This document shows positions 37,434 to 50,000 of a stretch of 64,000 bases of DNA, piece after piece. The notes under the pieces are model-generated. The model was not told the origin of the DNA. It worked only from the letters and a program-made list of their open reading frames with translations, and did no database searches. This DNA is from Calcarisporiella thermophila CBS 279.70. Its lineage: Eukaryota > Fungi > Calcarisporiellomycota. The DNA lies in the NCBI RefSeq assembly GCF_041956535.1, contig NW_027192197.1, forward strand, positions 1,013,647 through 1,077,646, written 5' to 3'. The position numbers and the translations under genes were made by a program. Every line of letters starts with the position of its first letter. Position 1 is the stretch's first letter.

Positions 37434-37978
37434 GTTGATTATATTTCAGAGGGCTCAAATTATTGTGGCAGTTTGTAAATTTCGGGAGAGCTTTATATAT
37501 CTAAATTTTATAAACCCTGACTAATGTCAACAGAAAACCTTGGCCGAATAAATTATTTTTATGTAAAATGCTAAGCTCAATGTATTATATCGATTTGGAT
37601 GAGTCAATTTGTATGCATTTGTCATTTGCAATCGTCAATTTGGCGTCGATTGGCGTTAATTTTAATAGAAACCTGCTAATCTACCTGCATTTAGGCAATT
37701 TATCTTTTGTAAGACAAATATTAAGCTTTCCATAGGAATCCTCACTACATTCAGCTAAGAGTATGTTTGAAATAACAGGCACAACAAATGCTGCTTTAAC
37801 CCCAATTATTTCAACTCTCCATAAAAGAAGGGTGAAAAATTCGTTGTAAAAACTTACAGAATATCTACTTTCTAGAGATATATGCAAATTATGTTTAAGC
37901 ATAAACTAGTGCACTGGGAAACCCTACAAGAAGACCACGTTTGGAAACTGCTTGGATCTATGTAACGATATAATGCTT

Positions 37979-38503
37979 AAAACTGACATAGTGAAAATAA
38001 GAACTTCCCTACTGTATTCGATTCAGCTTATACATTATTCAAAAATTCAACAGAAAAGAAGAATTTGGGTCATTCGTTTTAAGCAGGCAGTCAATTTGAC
38101 TCTGCTAGGGTTCATTTCTAACACAAGGCGACTAGGACCGCATTTTATACTGCTTTATTCTCTTCCTTATTAAGTATGTCAAGCGCCGCGAGTGTTTCCA
38201 CTATCTCTGTTTGTTCTAAACTTGATATTGGATTTTCCATGGCTATTCTTCAAAGCCTGTACTGGAAAATCCCTCATGCCTTTTTTGATTGAGCATACAC
38301 TATTCAATCACAATGTTAAAAATTAAACAAAAAAGGTAAATTTGGGCCCTAAAACTGACAGTGAAAATGAAAACTTCCTTACCTTCTTCGATTCAGCTTA
38401 CACATTATTCAAATATTCAACAAAAAAGATGAATTTGGGTCATTTATTCTAAGCATGCGGTCGATTTGAGGGGTTAAGGAGCACAAGACAACTAGGACTG
38501 CGC
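37979..38503. repeat. Diverged direct repeat of about 160 bp (37979-38143 and 38352-38503)
   Basis: Both copies share AAACTGACA..GTGAAAAT..TTCGATTCAGCTTA.ACATTATTCAAA.ATTCAACA.AAAAGA.GAATTTGGGTCATT...ACTAGGAC. Confidence 0.9.
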
Positions 38504-38707
38504 TTGGTTCTCCCAATTTCAGACGCTTTATTCAAGTTGACTAAGCATTATCTTCAACTTCGAGGGGCTAATTGGCTTAAACAAATTATTAGGATCATCA
38601 TATAGAAAGGGCCTTATTATCGAAACCCTCTAGACATTATAGATAGAGCGTATATCACCGCAACATCCTCGAATTTTATATTTCTTTTTATTCACAACTG
38701 TCACACC

Positions 38708-38920
38708 ATGTCGGATCATATGGGATTTTATCGTAAGAATATTGAGGAAAGCAAGGTATTTTATATTAAGATTTTGAAACCCTTGGGCCATGAACTCAGT
38801 ATCGAAAGCGATTTATTTTGCGCCTTTGGACCTGATTACGTCTTCTACATTGGCAAAAGTGATAAGGCAGGCGCTGGTCATGTAATACTCAAGGCTAGAA
38901 GCCGAGCTGAAGTGGATGAG
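38708..38920 (+). pseudogene. Truncated VOC/glyoxalase-family gene (N-terminal half only)
   Basis: MSDHMG...IEESKVFY..ILKPLG...FGPD...H..LKARSRAEVDE, then unrelated sequence. The expected C-terminal Y..F..DPDG..E half is absent. Confidence 0.7.
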
Positions 38921-39939
38921 ATGATCAATATATGTCAACTTTGCGAGGAACGATCCACTATATCATTGCCTCGAAAAGGAATTAACGTGGACCAGCTTTT
39001 CTCATTATGCCAAGACAGTCACACGTCCTTAGTGCCAGTGTAATAGTATTTTGCAATAATAACCTCTCTGTCTCGCCACTCGAGAAGTATTGAGCAGGCA
39101 ATTGTGGATAATAAAGTTGGAAATCCAAAAGCGAGTCTGTCTAGCTCTTTGGCATCCTTATTGAACGGCGATATCCTTACAAGAATTTTTTTGGATAAAT
39201 AGAACGCGGTCTTTGCCAGCAGTCCATGCTTCACTATGATGAGACCTTCCAGAGAATAATGAAAGAAAAATCATTAATCTGAGAAATGAATAAGTCTATA
39301 TAGCTTATTACATCCTGAGCGCGACTCTTTTGGTTCCCTCCCGAGTTGAAGAACAGGGGCTAGAAAAAAAGAAAAAAGAAAAAATGAAGAAAAAAAGACA
39401 GGCTGCGATTAAAGATATGGGCGATGAGTTAAGTGTGGAATACTGATAATTGCTCCGGCGAGAGCACCCTATCTCTCTTAAACAAGGGCAATGGAAAAAG
39501 CAAGTGCGCTAGGAAATTCGAGTTGGATAGTGATTCAACAGCCGGTCCAAGGTTCACAGTTCGCCTGGCAGTTATATTTCAATAAAGTATCTCTATTTAT
39601 CCAAATCATAGGCTGCTATTCATCGTTGGAAAGCAAAAAAAAATTATAAACTAATACGAGCGAAGCATCGGTGGTATATGAAAGAGCGAGTGAAAAAAAA
39701 AGACATATATAGCTAGATATGTAGAAAGCAGTAAAAAAAAAGCATGAACCTCACTCTTCAGCAATAAAGAAAAAAAAAAATCAAATATTAGGATTAAGAG
39801 CAAAGAGGAGGAATAATTAGGAGGGGGGGTGAAGATGAATAAATAAAAGAGGAGGAAAATAAAGTATTTACATTGGGAGAGTCGCAAAAAAAGCAAACCA
39901 AAAACTTTCCAAAAGTAAACCATCCATGATACAAACTAC

Positions 39940-40857
39940 TTAGTCCCACTGCTCCTCTGCGTCCAGTCCCTTTTGGGCCTCTTCTTCCTCCCGTTCTTCC
40001 AGTACGGAGATGTGGCTCTTGGGGACCAGACCGAACTCTCCACGCTCTGACTCGACCAGGATCCAACCGGGGCATTGTCGGCCATATTGCACCCAGAACA
40101 TGTCCCCGATGCTGAAGGAGAGCTCGCCCTCAGCGCTGGCCTCGTAATCCCGTGTGGCAACGATGCAGCTTCCTACGAAAGCGTTGATGCGAGGGGAGAT
40201 CTGCTCCGCGGGTGGAGGGAGGCCATAGTGCCGCGGGTCTTGGGAGTGGAATGCAAAGTCGTGGATTTTGATTTCCGGATCTGTTAGGAAGACATCCATG
40301 ATGGGGTTTGGTGCGGCCAAGGAAAGGAGGCAGCCACTCACCTTTTTCAGGGGCTTCGTTTTTCTCGTTCCCCTCGACACCTTTAGAGAGGGTCGGCGGC
40401 AGCAGCTCCACATCTTTCTCCAGCACTGCATTCCGGATATCCAAGCCCCTCAGAACCTCTTCGTTGGGGCCTCGCTCTCCCATCCCAAACCCGTTCCCTC
40501 TGGCGCCCGGTTCTTCCTCGGGCTCCTTCGCGATTCTCTGCTCAACTTCCGGTCGAGCCGAAGGCATCTCGACAAGGGGCTCCTTCGGAAAGCCCTGGAG
40601 CCACCTCAGCACCTCGATGTCTCCTGAGACTCTGCGCTCCAGCATTGCGGGCTTCGTGCTGTCGATGTCGTCGGCGGGATTATCCGAGGAGACGCTATGA
40701 TGGATGGGGTTTGAAAAAGAATAATCCAAATTTGTAGGCTGGGCTTTACCTAAAAGATATTAAGGGGGGCATGGGTTAGGCGCCGTGGTCTCTGGCAAAA
40801 AGCGGAGCCAAAAACAAGCTAGAGCGGATTCAGCAACTTACGCAAATCACGAGACAT
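39940..40857 (-). CDS. SH3-domain adaptor (Nbp2/Skb5-like architecture), 3 exons
   Basis: MSRDL|RKAQ...|DPEIKIHDFAFHSQDPRHYG followed by the SH3 domain ATRDYEASAEGELSF..GW..GLVPKSHI. Confidence 0.8.
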
Positions 40858-42248
40858 TCAAAGGGCGTGCAATAAAGTCTAATTAAGTGAGGAGCAAAGC
40901 ATGAGCATGGATTGGGTTCGGGGGTTCCTACGGGTTGCCTACATTATCTCTGGCGAGCTCCGGTGTGCAGGGTCAAAGGACCATTACTCGATGGCTCGCG
41001 TTGTTGCGCCGATGCGGCCAGAGAAACTAGAACAAAGGGAGCGCACCGGGGCGGCAGCAAGAAAAAGCAAATAAGCAAAAAGAAAACACAAAATACAAGC
41101 GCACCACGAAGGGGAAGGCAGCCTCGGGGGTTGGTTACGGGGCGAGCACAAGGGAGAAGAAGGGAAGAAGGGGGAAAGAGGGGGAAAGAGCGACCGCCAG
41201 CGTTGGCGCAGGGAGGAAAATGGATGGAGCAAGGAATATAAAGAGGAGCCAACCAAATGGGCGTGATTGCCGGGTGTGCCAGCCTCGCGTCCATTTCAGA
41301 AGATAATGTTTGTGCATACTGTTGCACGAAAGCTTTAAAAACGTGACAGCGTCAATAGATATGCGATCCTGGTGTATTGCGGATTTTTCAGCAGGAATGA
41401 TTTGTGGTCCGACCCCATTATGTAAGATTCCCAGTGAGCTCCTCGGGCTCCCTGTCGCGCCCTTCTTCCCCCATCGCCGCCTCGTCAGCGCTCCCCCCCT
41501 CGCCCGCGCCTCAGCACTTGGCGCTGGCCAGCGCTCCACCTCAGCCCCTCGCGGCACCCCCCTGAATGGAAGGAAAACACGTGAGTGACGCGAAATGTAA
41601 TCTATGCATCGTAACCTCCTTTTCCATTTGGATTTCCTTTTTCTCCTCCCTCGCCGCAAACACATGCTTCTGACGCTCCACTTGCACCTTCAGCAAAACA
41701 AGGATCACTTGTAATTTAAAACAGACGTGCATAGGGTGGAGATCATGAGAGATGGTTACCAAAACAGCAAAGTTAAGGGTGACATTTAGGCGGAATTAAG
41801 TAAGGAAGCACATTTTTAATATTTTCTTTTTTTTTCCCTCGCCGGGCCCACCCTCCTCTGGCCATGCTGCCCCTCCTCCTCTCTCCCCCCCCCAGCCTTC
41901 TTTCCTCCCCTTCTTGCCCACCCGTGGAGCCAAAAGGCAAAACTCAGTTAATCACGAGCAAGGAAAATCAAAAGAGTTACATCACGGGACTCTTGGGTCA
42001 AGTTACCTAATCCTAAGTGCGCGAAATAAAGTTGGTTTCAGACTCTGTTTTGACCCATCTGAAAGCTACCAAGCTCACCTCCCTCCGTGGCTCCGAAACT
42101 CAACTATATTAACCGCATCGCCACAGAGCAACCTCGCTATTCACGAGTCACTTCTTCTTCTTGTCCTTCGTTCCTTCTTCTTATTCACTCACTCTCGCCT
42201 TCCCAAATCACAGGTAGTCGAACCCATCCCAATGTCTCCCTAGACATC

Positions 42249-44761
42249 ATGTCGTTACAAGAACAAATCACAGATGCATTCCGCTCCATGCGAATTATAG
42301 AACAAAATGAAAAATTTAAGCATGACTTTTCAAGGCTGGAGTATTCCCCAATTTTTTACGAGGAGGCAACTCCCGATAGCATAACAGAGGATGCAGAGGG
42401 GGAGCAGGAGTGGACTGCTAAGGTCCAATATGGGGTAAGAGAAGCAGACGCTCCCGACGACTCGGAGGGGGACCGAACTGAGAAGGAGAAGAAACGACGA
42501 AAGAGGAGAGCTTTGAAGAGGTTTGGGCGCAAAATAGTGAGGCTGCTTCCTCGAGGTCTCAGCGATTACTTTAAAGTATGGACTAGTATCTATAATAATG
42601 AACTCGTGCGAGGGATGTCCCCCTAGTCTCCAAACACTCATCCTTATACTCCCTCCTCATTTTCCAGGTGATTAGCATCCTCGAAAAAGTGCACGAGTAC
42701 ACTCGCAAAGACATGAAAAACGCCTCCAAGAACCCGGAAATCCAGCTCCAGGCTACCGTACGGCGTGGAAATCGGCTCTGTGACCAGGAGCAAAGGTTTC
42801 TGGAGCAACGGAAAAAAGTGGTCCGAGCTGCCTTCGCGAAATACATGGGAGTGCCCCTGGATGAGGTTCACGAGGAGGACGTGCCGGTGATAGGTTTCGG
42901 CGGATCGGGGGGAGGATACCGAGCCATGATCAACTCTTCGGGTGAGTGCAGGAAGGCCTGCTGGGTTTCATCTTCATTCTATCGACGAACCTACTGATCT
43001 CCCCTCCCCCTCCATAGCTTTTCTTAATGCTGCCAAGCGTACGGGCCTCTACGATTGCCTCACCTACCTTGCTGGCGTTAGTGGGTCTACATGGGCACTC
43101 ATGTGCCTCTATTCGGTTGCGAACGGCTCAACGGAAAGTTTAGTCGAGCATCTTATCGATCGTCTCGATACTTATCCCGCCTCTCCAACCTACCTTTTCT
43201 CCAAGATGCTAATACCAGACATAGCCAACCTAATGTTCAGTGGGCTAGAAATCAAGACGAAGACCGGCTCGCCGATCACCAGCATGGATATGTATGGAGT
43301 CTTGGTGGCGGGCCATATCTTGCTGGATAAGGAGAATCGACTTCGACCAGAACATTGGAAATTATCGCACCAGGCAAAATGGCTCACCGATGCAATCCAT
43401 CCAATGCCCATTTACACGGCCATCAGGTATGTGTCACCCCTCCCCCCTCCTATCTTGCCCAGTTGAATGGATGCTAATGCTGTGCTCATCATAGACACGA
43501 ACGACCCTGGATTAATTGGGAGAGCGAACAAGCCCCCTTCAGTCGCCACCACAACACAACGCGTATGAATGCGCTAAGAAACAATGATGCCTGGTTCCAG
43601 TGGTTTGAGTTTACGCCTTTTGAAATTGGCTGTGACGAGCTGGCAGCTTGGATCCCCACATGGAGCTTCGGCAGGACTTTCGAGAGAGGCGTAAGCACCA
43701 ACGCGTTGCCGGAACAAGGAATAGGCCTCAGTTTAGGGTAATGCCTGGAAAACTAGGCCATGTTTATTTTAACGAGGATCCAAAAAGAACTGACCTCCCC
43801 TACCAAACGATATATCTTTATTCCTCTCTCTAGGATATTTAGCAGCGCCCTCTCTGCACCCCTCTCGGCCTATTTCGACACAATGAAACGGAATCTTCCT
43901 AAGAATGGCTTTGGCCACTTTTTGCACAGCGTTGGACACCGACTATGTGAGTCTCTTGGCGAGAGAGGCCTGGCCCGGCTTCGTGCTAACCACCCCGTTC
44001 GCCCCATCATCAACCCCAACCCATTTTATATGATCGACCCCTCGCAGCCCGGGATCTTCAAAGACTCCAAGGAACTGCAGTTGCTGGACGCCGGCACCGA
44101 CATCAACATCCCCCTCTACCCCTTGACACATCCTTCACGGCCCGTAGATCTAATTTTGGGGGTAGACGCAAGCAGCGACGTGATGGATGGGGATTTTTTG
44201 AAAAGATATGTAAACTTTGCCGATAGAAAGGGGATACAGTGGGCGAAAATTGACCCCGAGGGCCGCCCGATTGCCGAGGAAGCGCCACTCAACACCTCGC
44301 CTCTGAAACTCGGAAAACGTAGAACCCTCGACGACGAAGACTTCACCCTCCTCTGGCCATCCGATCCCAAGGTTCCCCTCTCCAGGCGCGAGATTCACCA
44401 GCTCTACGAAGACCGATACGTTGAAATCTACCACGGTCGGGCCCTTTACCCGCCACTGAAGCCGGGTGGGGCGGCCCAACTCCGTGGCCATAGCGTTCCC
44501 CAGGCCACCAATGATTTGTATTTGGCCATGATGCCGCTTCTACCCAATGCATGTGACCCCGAGTTCAACCCGTGTGCGGCGGAATGGTGCTCCACCTACA
44601 ACTTCACCTATGAGCCTGAGCAGGTGAAGCGCCTCATCAAAACGGCCGAGGCTAATTTCGAAGAGGTAGAAGATAAGCTTAGAAAGTTAATGAGGACGAT
44701 TTGGCAGAGAAAGAGAGAAGCCCGCTTGGCAAGAACCAAGGAAGAGAAGTATGTAGAATGA
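42249..44761 (+). CDS. Cytosolic phospholipase A2 / lysophospholipase (PLA2_B domain)
   Basis: GGSGGGYRAM, catalytic GVSGSTW, PMPIYTAI, WFEFTPFEIG and catalytic LLDAG. Confidence 0.93.
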
Positions 44762-45176
44762 TCAAGGAAATACCCTCGCTCGCTTTCATATTTATTTATT
44801 TTGTTATTTATTTATTTTGCTACTTTATTTGACTTAATCATTTTCGGCGACTCGCTAGACAAGTTGACTATTTAAAGATGAAATATACATGTATTTTAAA
44901 ATTCGACCTTGTGAAAAAAGACGGAATTTGAGGGAAAAATTCGAGAATGGAAAATTTAGAGGAATGAGGGCTCGAAAGCGAAACTAAGAGGAATGGCTTC
45001 GATGCCAACTTCAAGGAGCCGAAACTCTATTAATTAAACTTAGCATTTCTCCTCTTAAATGAAGGTTTGTTTTATTTTATATCAACCAAAATAAGTCATA
45101 ACAATGACAGTATTATTTGTTTTTCTTACAAAATCTCAAGCTGCTTTTCCGCCTCCGATAGGAGGAGGGACTAGCC

Positions 45177-45503
45177 TCAATCACGCGCAGATAGACTGCA
45201 AGTGTCAATATAGCCTTTGATGATGACCGCTTTGTCATTAATGGCTTTAAGTGCTTTCGCGGATAAGAGATTCTCCACGTTGTCGTCTCCTAACGCGTAA
45301 AAAGTCACCGAATCCCCCTTCGCTGACCAATCGGTATATAATGTGCTCGTGTACCACGTCTTGGGATCCACTTCTTTATAGGCACTCAGATGAAGCTGCT
45401 TAATACATCCATTGTATCGCGTTTTAATGGTAAATTCACGGTACGTTTGGGCATAGCTGAGGCCGAAGAGCGGGATTAGCGCGTATAAGATAGGCAACTT
45501 CAT
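45177..45503 (-). CDS. Small secreted protein, 108 aa, 2 Cys, intronless
   Basis: Signal peptide MKLPILYALIPLFGLSYA-Q; TATATA box about 65 nt upstream. Confidence 0.75.
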   Translation of the reverse strand: MKLPILYALIPLFGLSYAQTYREFTIKTRYNGCIKQLHLSAYKEVDPKTWYTSTLYTDWSAKGDSVTFYALGDDNVENLLSAKALKAINDKAVIIKGYIDTCSLSARD

Positions 45504-47053
45504 TCTCTTGACGGTGGAGTAACGCTATTGATGGGATGAAGAGTATTCATTCGATCCCACACTCATATATATAAACCTGACTATCTCATACAAAATAGAC
45601 CCTTGTCAATCTGCCATTTTTGCCACGAGAGCGAAGATTCGGGGCGAATTCTTGTATGCATTTCATTTCCTTTCTCTCAGACATTTGCCACTTTGCCACT
45701 CGTGCGAGAAAATTCCCAAATATTGATTTACAGTATGAGGTTGGCGCCTTTTTTCTTGCCATTCTTTAGGCTTGCTATGAAGGCTCGGGTATTATTCACT
45801 GGGCTCTTTTTTTCTCCAAGATCCTGCAATAGAATTCGGCTGACACCAATCCCAGAACCGTGGATTCATGTCACATCATGCGGCTTACTTAAGAGATGGG
45901 AAAAACTTTTATTCTGTATTAAAAAAATTGACATCCACCATGTACTCGCTTCCGCATGTTGATCACTTCCTTCAAACGTATTCATGGATGCATACATGTT
46001 TGTAGAATCCCTCGTTCTTTAGTAGAATGACGAGTTGAAAGTTGAAACGAAAAAAAAAGAAAGTATTAAGTGGTGTGCCGATGGTTGATTGTCGTAAGAC
46101 TTACCTTTTTCCATGAATCGGGCGGCTAGATTGAATGGACGGAAGAAAATGAGGGAATGGTTGACGGTGGTTTGGACCCAGTAAAATCGCAAGCACGTAA
46201 TTAATGTCGAAAAACGATGAAGAATGGCCAATGCTAAAGTCTTAAAGAGGAGTAGAGCATATTCGTTCCCACAGACCTGCTTCACAATGTTTACTTCCAA
46301 AAACACAGGTTAACACGTGTATTAGAAGCTAGCCAAGGAGGAGATGAATCGAAGAATTCATGAGGAGAGCAACATCTCTCGGCGAGGCCACCCCGTTCAC
46401 TAGCTAAAAAAGACGCCCTACGTTGTTGATGTAGAATCCGGATGCATTAAAGAGTATAATGGATCCTATAGCAGGCGCAACAGAGCATAAATAAAGCTTC
46501 TTTGAGCTGCGCAAAATCCAGAATAAAAAGAAAGCTCGCCGAGAGGAAACATATCTTGCTTAAAGCTTCCTATTGAAATAGGGCAGCTTGTCGAAATCGT
46601 CCCTTATGCTCAAGCTACTTCGCCTTGCTCAACATTTCCAGAGCATTCGCCCCTCTCCAGTAGAGGCCAGATGGTCAAGCCCGGGCGATGTCAACACGCG
46701 GCTCTCCCTATAGGCGTTTCAATGGACGATTTTAGGGTTTGGGACCCGATCAGTGTTCCTTCCCGGCTTTGCTGCAGCTAAGTTTTTTTGGGATAATCAA
46801 AAGCACGTTGATTGGACGGCACGCTTCCATCAATTCTTGTCTGACCAAATCCATCCACGTCTTCTCCTATGATATTCTTGAATTGCTACTTTCGCAACGC
46901 GTCTTCCTTCCAACGCGTAAATTAAAGATTTCGAGTTAATAGCATCTTGCCTCGTCTTCTCCCTCGTCTTCTGAATATCCATCTTGACAGGCTAGAAATA
47001 GAATCAAATACAGCCAACTCTCCTTTGATTTTTTTTCGGAAAACTAAGGGAAT

Positions 47054-50000
47054 ATGGTTGTCCGAGACGCGTCGTTAACCCTCCAACGTCTCTCGACGCT
47101 CTCGACCAAGGAGGATCTTTCAGACCTAAGCATTCCAAATATCACAGAGGGCGCTGAGGATGTTGCTGGTGAGTGACTGGACGGGCTTCGTTTCTACTTG
47201 AGAGATGGGATGCCAATTTGGTTTTTTTCTTCAGGTCTACGAGGTCGTATACGGCTGAAGAAAGACAATTCGCGCAATTGGATGGAGCAACAGCGCAAGT
47301 ATCTGCAGGCATACGAATATCTTTGTCATATTGGAGAGGCAAAAGAGTAGGCTTCACTCAATTTTATTTCTACTACAATTGTCTAATGCAAATTCGTGCT
47401 CACTAGTTGGATTGAGGCATGTTTAGAAGAGGAAATAGCGCCTATCGTAGAGCTGGAGGAGGCTTTACGCAATGGCATTATCCTTGCAAAATTGGCGCGT
47501 TGGTTTGCGCCTCCTTGCGTGCGACGGATTTTCCTAGTATGTGGTCCACGTTTCTTTCATTTCCATTTAACCACTCGGTTATGACCATCCTCCCTTATTT
47601 TTCCCCTTATTTTTTTTTTCATTTAGGCGCCCAAACTCCAATACCGTCATTCTGATAATATCAACGCTTTTTTGGAGGCAATAAAGAAGCTTGAGCTTCC
47701 ATCAGTAAGTCTCTTTTTTTGAATTGAACGCGTTCATCATACGATAGCTTATTCTTCTATTTAGTATTTTTGGTTTGAGCTTACTGACTTATACGAGAAG
47801 AAAAATGTCCCTAAGGTGATATATTGTATCCATGCCCTCAGCTATCTGTTGAGCAGACGGGGACTCGCACCCTGCGTGAAAAATTTGGTTGGGCAGCTCG
47901 AGTTTGCTGGTAGGTTCTGCTTGTATTTACTTTACTAGAAAAAAACAAAGCTCATTGTTTAAATTAATGTTGCAGATGAGGTAATACAGGCCACACAAGA
48001 GGGCCTGCAGAAGCACGGAGACGCGCTCCCCAGTTTCCGCAACATTAGCTCCGCGCTGAGCCATGAGTTGCGAGAACCGATTTTGGAAGATATAGTGGAT
48101 ATATACGAGGAGCCAGAGCCAACCGAGGAAGAGGGTATAATTAAAGCAGGACGTTCGCTCTTGAGGTCGCTGACCTAACCATTTTCTCACATTGCCTAAG
48201 ATTTTGACCTATACTGGGCCAACCACAAAGACGATATCATCCGCTGTCAGCGTCTGATTCGCACCTGGATCGCCCGCCAGGCCTTTCTCGACCGGCAATT
48301 CCTCCACCGTCAGCTCATTCCATTTATCATTGCCGTGCAAGCACAATCACGCGGGGTATTGGCACGCCGGGCCTTCCGCCGTAGATTGCACGAATTGTTC
48401 GATATCGAAACATTTGTTGTGAAAATGCAGGCGCGTATTAGGGGCAAATTGGCGCGCGAAGCATTGCGCCACAGATTGGAAGGGCTATATAGCCTAGAGC
48501 GCATCGCAGTCAAGTTACAGTCGAGGGCTCGTGGGGCATTAGCGCGACAGGAATTGAATCGAAAGTTGCGAGTTTTGTTCCATTCCGACGAGGTGGTGGT
48601 GAACATGCAGGCTCGAATTCGTGGGATGCTGGTGCGGCGGGAATTCAGCCGCAAGTTGCGGGGACTTATCCATTCCGAGCCAGATATTATTAATTTGCAA
48701 GCGCGGATACGAGGATTACTTGCGCGCAAGAATTTTGCCAAACACCTCTATGGCCTCTTCCACGTGGAGCCCACCGTCGTGAAGATGCAAGCGTGTGCCC
48801 GTGGGGTCTTGGTGAGGCGTGAATTCGGCCGGCGCCTTCACGGACTCTTCGACACCGAAACGGTGATCATGCATATCCAGGCCCGTGCTAGAGGAGCGCT
48901 GGCGCGGCGTGAGTTTGGTAGAAAACTCCGGGGGCTCTTCCACGCAGAGCCCTGTATTATCAAGTTACAGGCCCGTGCACGCGGAGTGTTGGCTCGTAGG
49001 AGTTTTGCTCTACAACGGGATCACTTTGCGGCAGATGTGGCTAAAATCGTCAAGATCCAGAGTCTCTACCGGGCCAAGCTCGCAGAAAACGCATATCGAC
49101 AGCTGAGTAGGCATCCCTTGAATCTATTCGCGCTTGAAAGTGATAGCCCTAACTCTTAACCCCTTGTCGTTCCTATAGCCACGGGGAGTAATCCACCCGT
49201 CAGCACGATCAAAAACTTTGTACATCTGCTGAACGATAGCAATTTTGATTTCGACGAGGAATTAAGTAATATGCACCACCCTTGTTTTTGTTGGCTGAAG
49301 TCCTATTCTAAAGCATGCACTTGCTTGCAATAGCTCTCGAGACGCACCGGGAAAAGGTCGTGCGCCTCATCCGCGAAAATCGCTCCCTCGATTCGCACCT
49401 CAACGAGCTCGATCTGAAGATCGGCCTTCTCGTCAAGAATCGGATTTCACTCGACGAGGTGCTCAAGCTCTCCAAGCGCCAACGCCGTCGCATGTCACAC
49501 ATAATCGCCTCATCCAAATCGGCCCATGACGCCGTTGGTGGGGTGTCGTTAAAGGGGCTGGATGCCGACTCCCGTCGCAGGCTGGAGCTGTATCAGCAGC
49601 TCTTCTACCTGCTGCAGACTCAGCCCCAATATCTCAGCCGGCTCCTGTGCGTGCTTGGGCAGTCCGATAAGGTGAATCGCACCATGGAAACCATTGTGCT
49701 GACGCTGTTCGGGTATGCTCAGAATGCGCGTGAGGAGTACTTGCTACTCAATCTGCTGCAATCCTGCATTCGCGAAGAGTTGAAGCCAGTCGAGAATATT
49801 CAGGAGTTCATGCGGGGCAACTTCATGTTCCTCAAGCTTGTTCTCCATTACTATCGGTAGGCGGCAATATTTCCTCTCTGCCGGAGCTGGTCTGATTCAC
49901 CTAACCCTGTGCATATTTGCATTTAGTGGTGCAAAAGAGCGTAAATACCTCCGCGACCTCTTTGCACCGCTTATCAACAAGGTACTCGAGGACGACTTCC

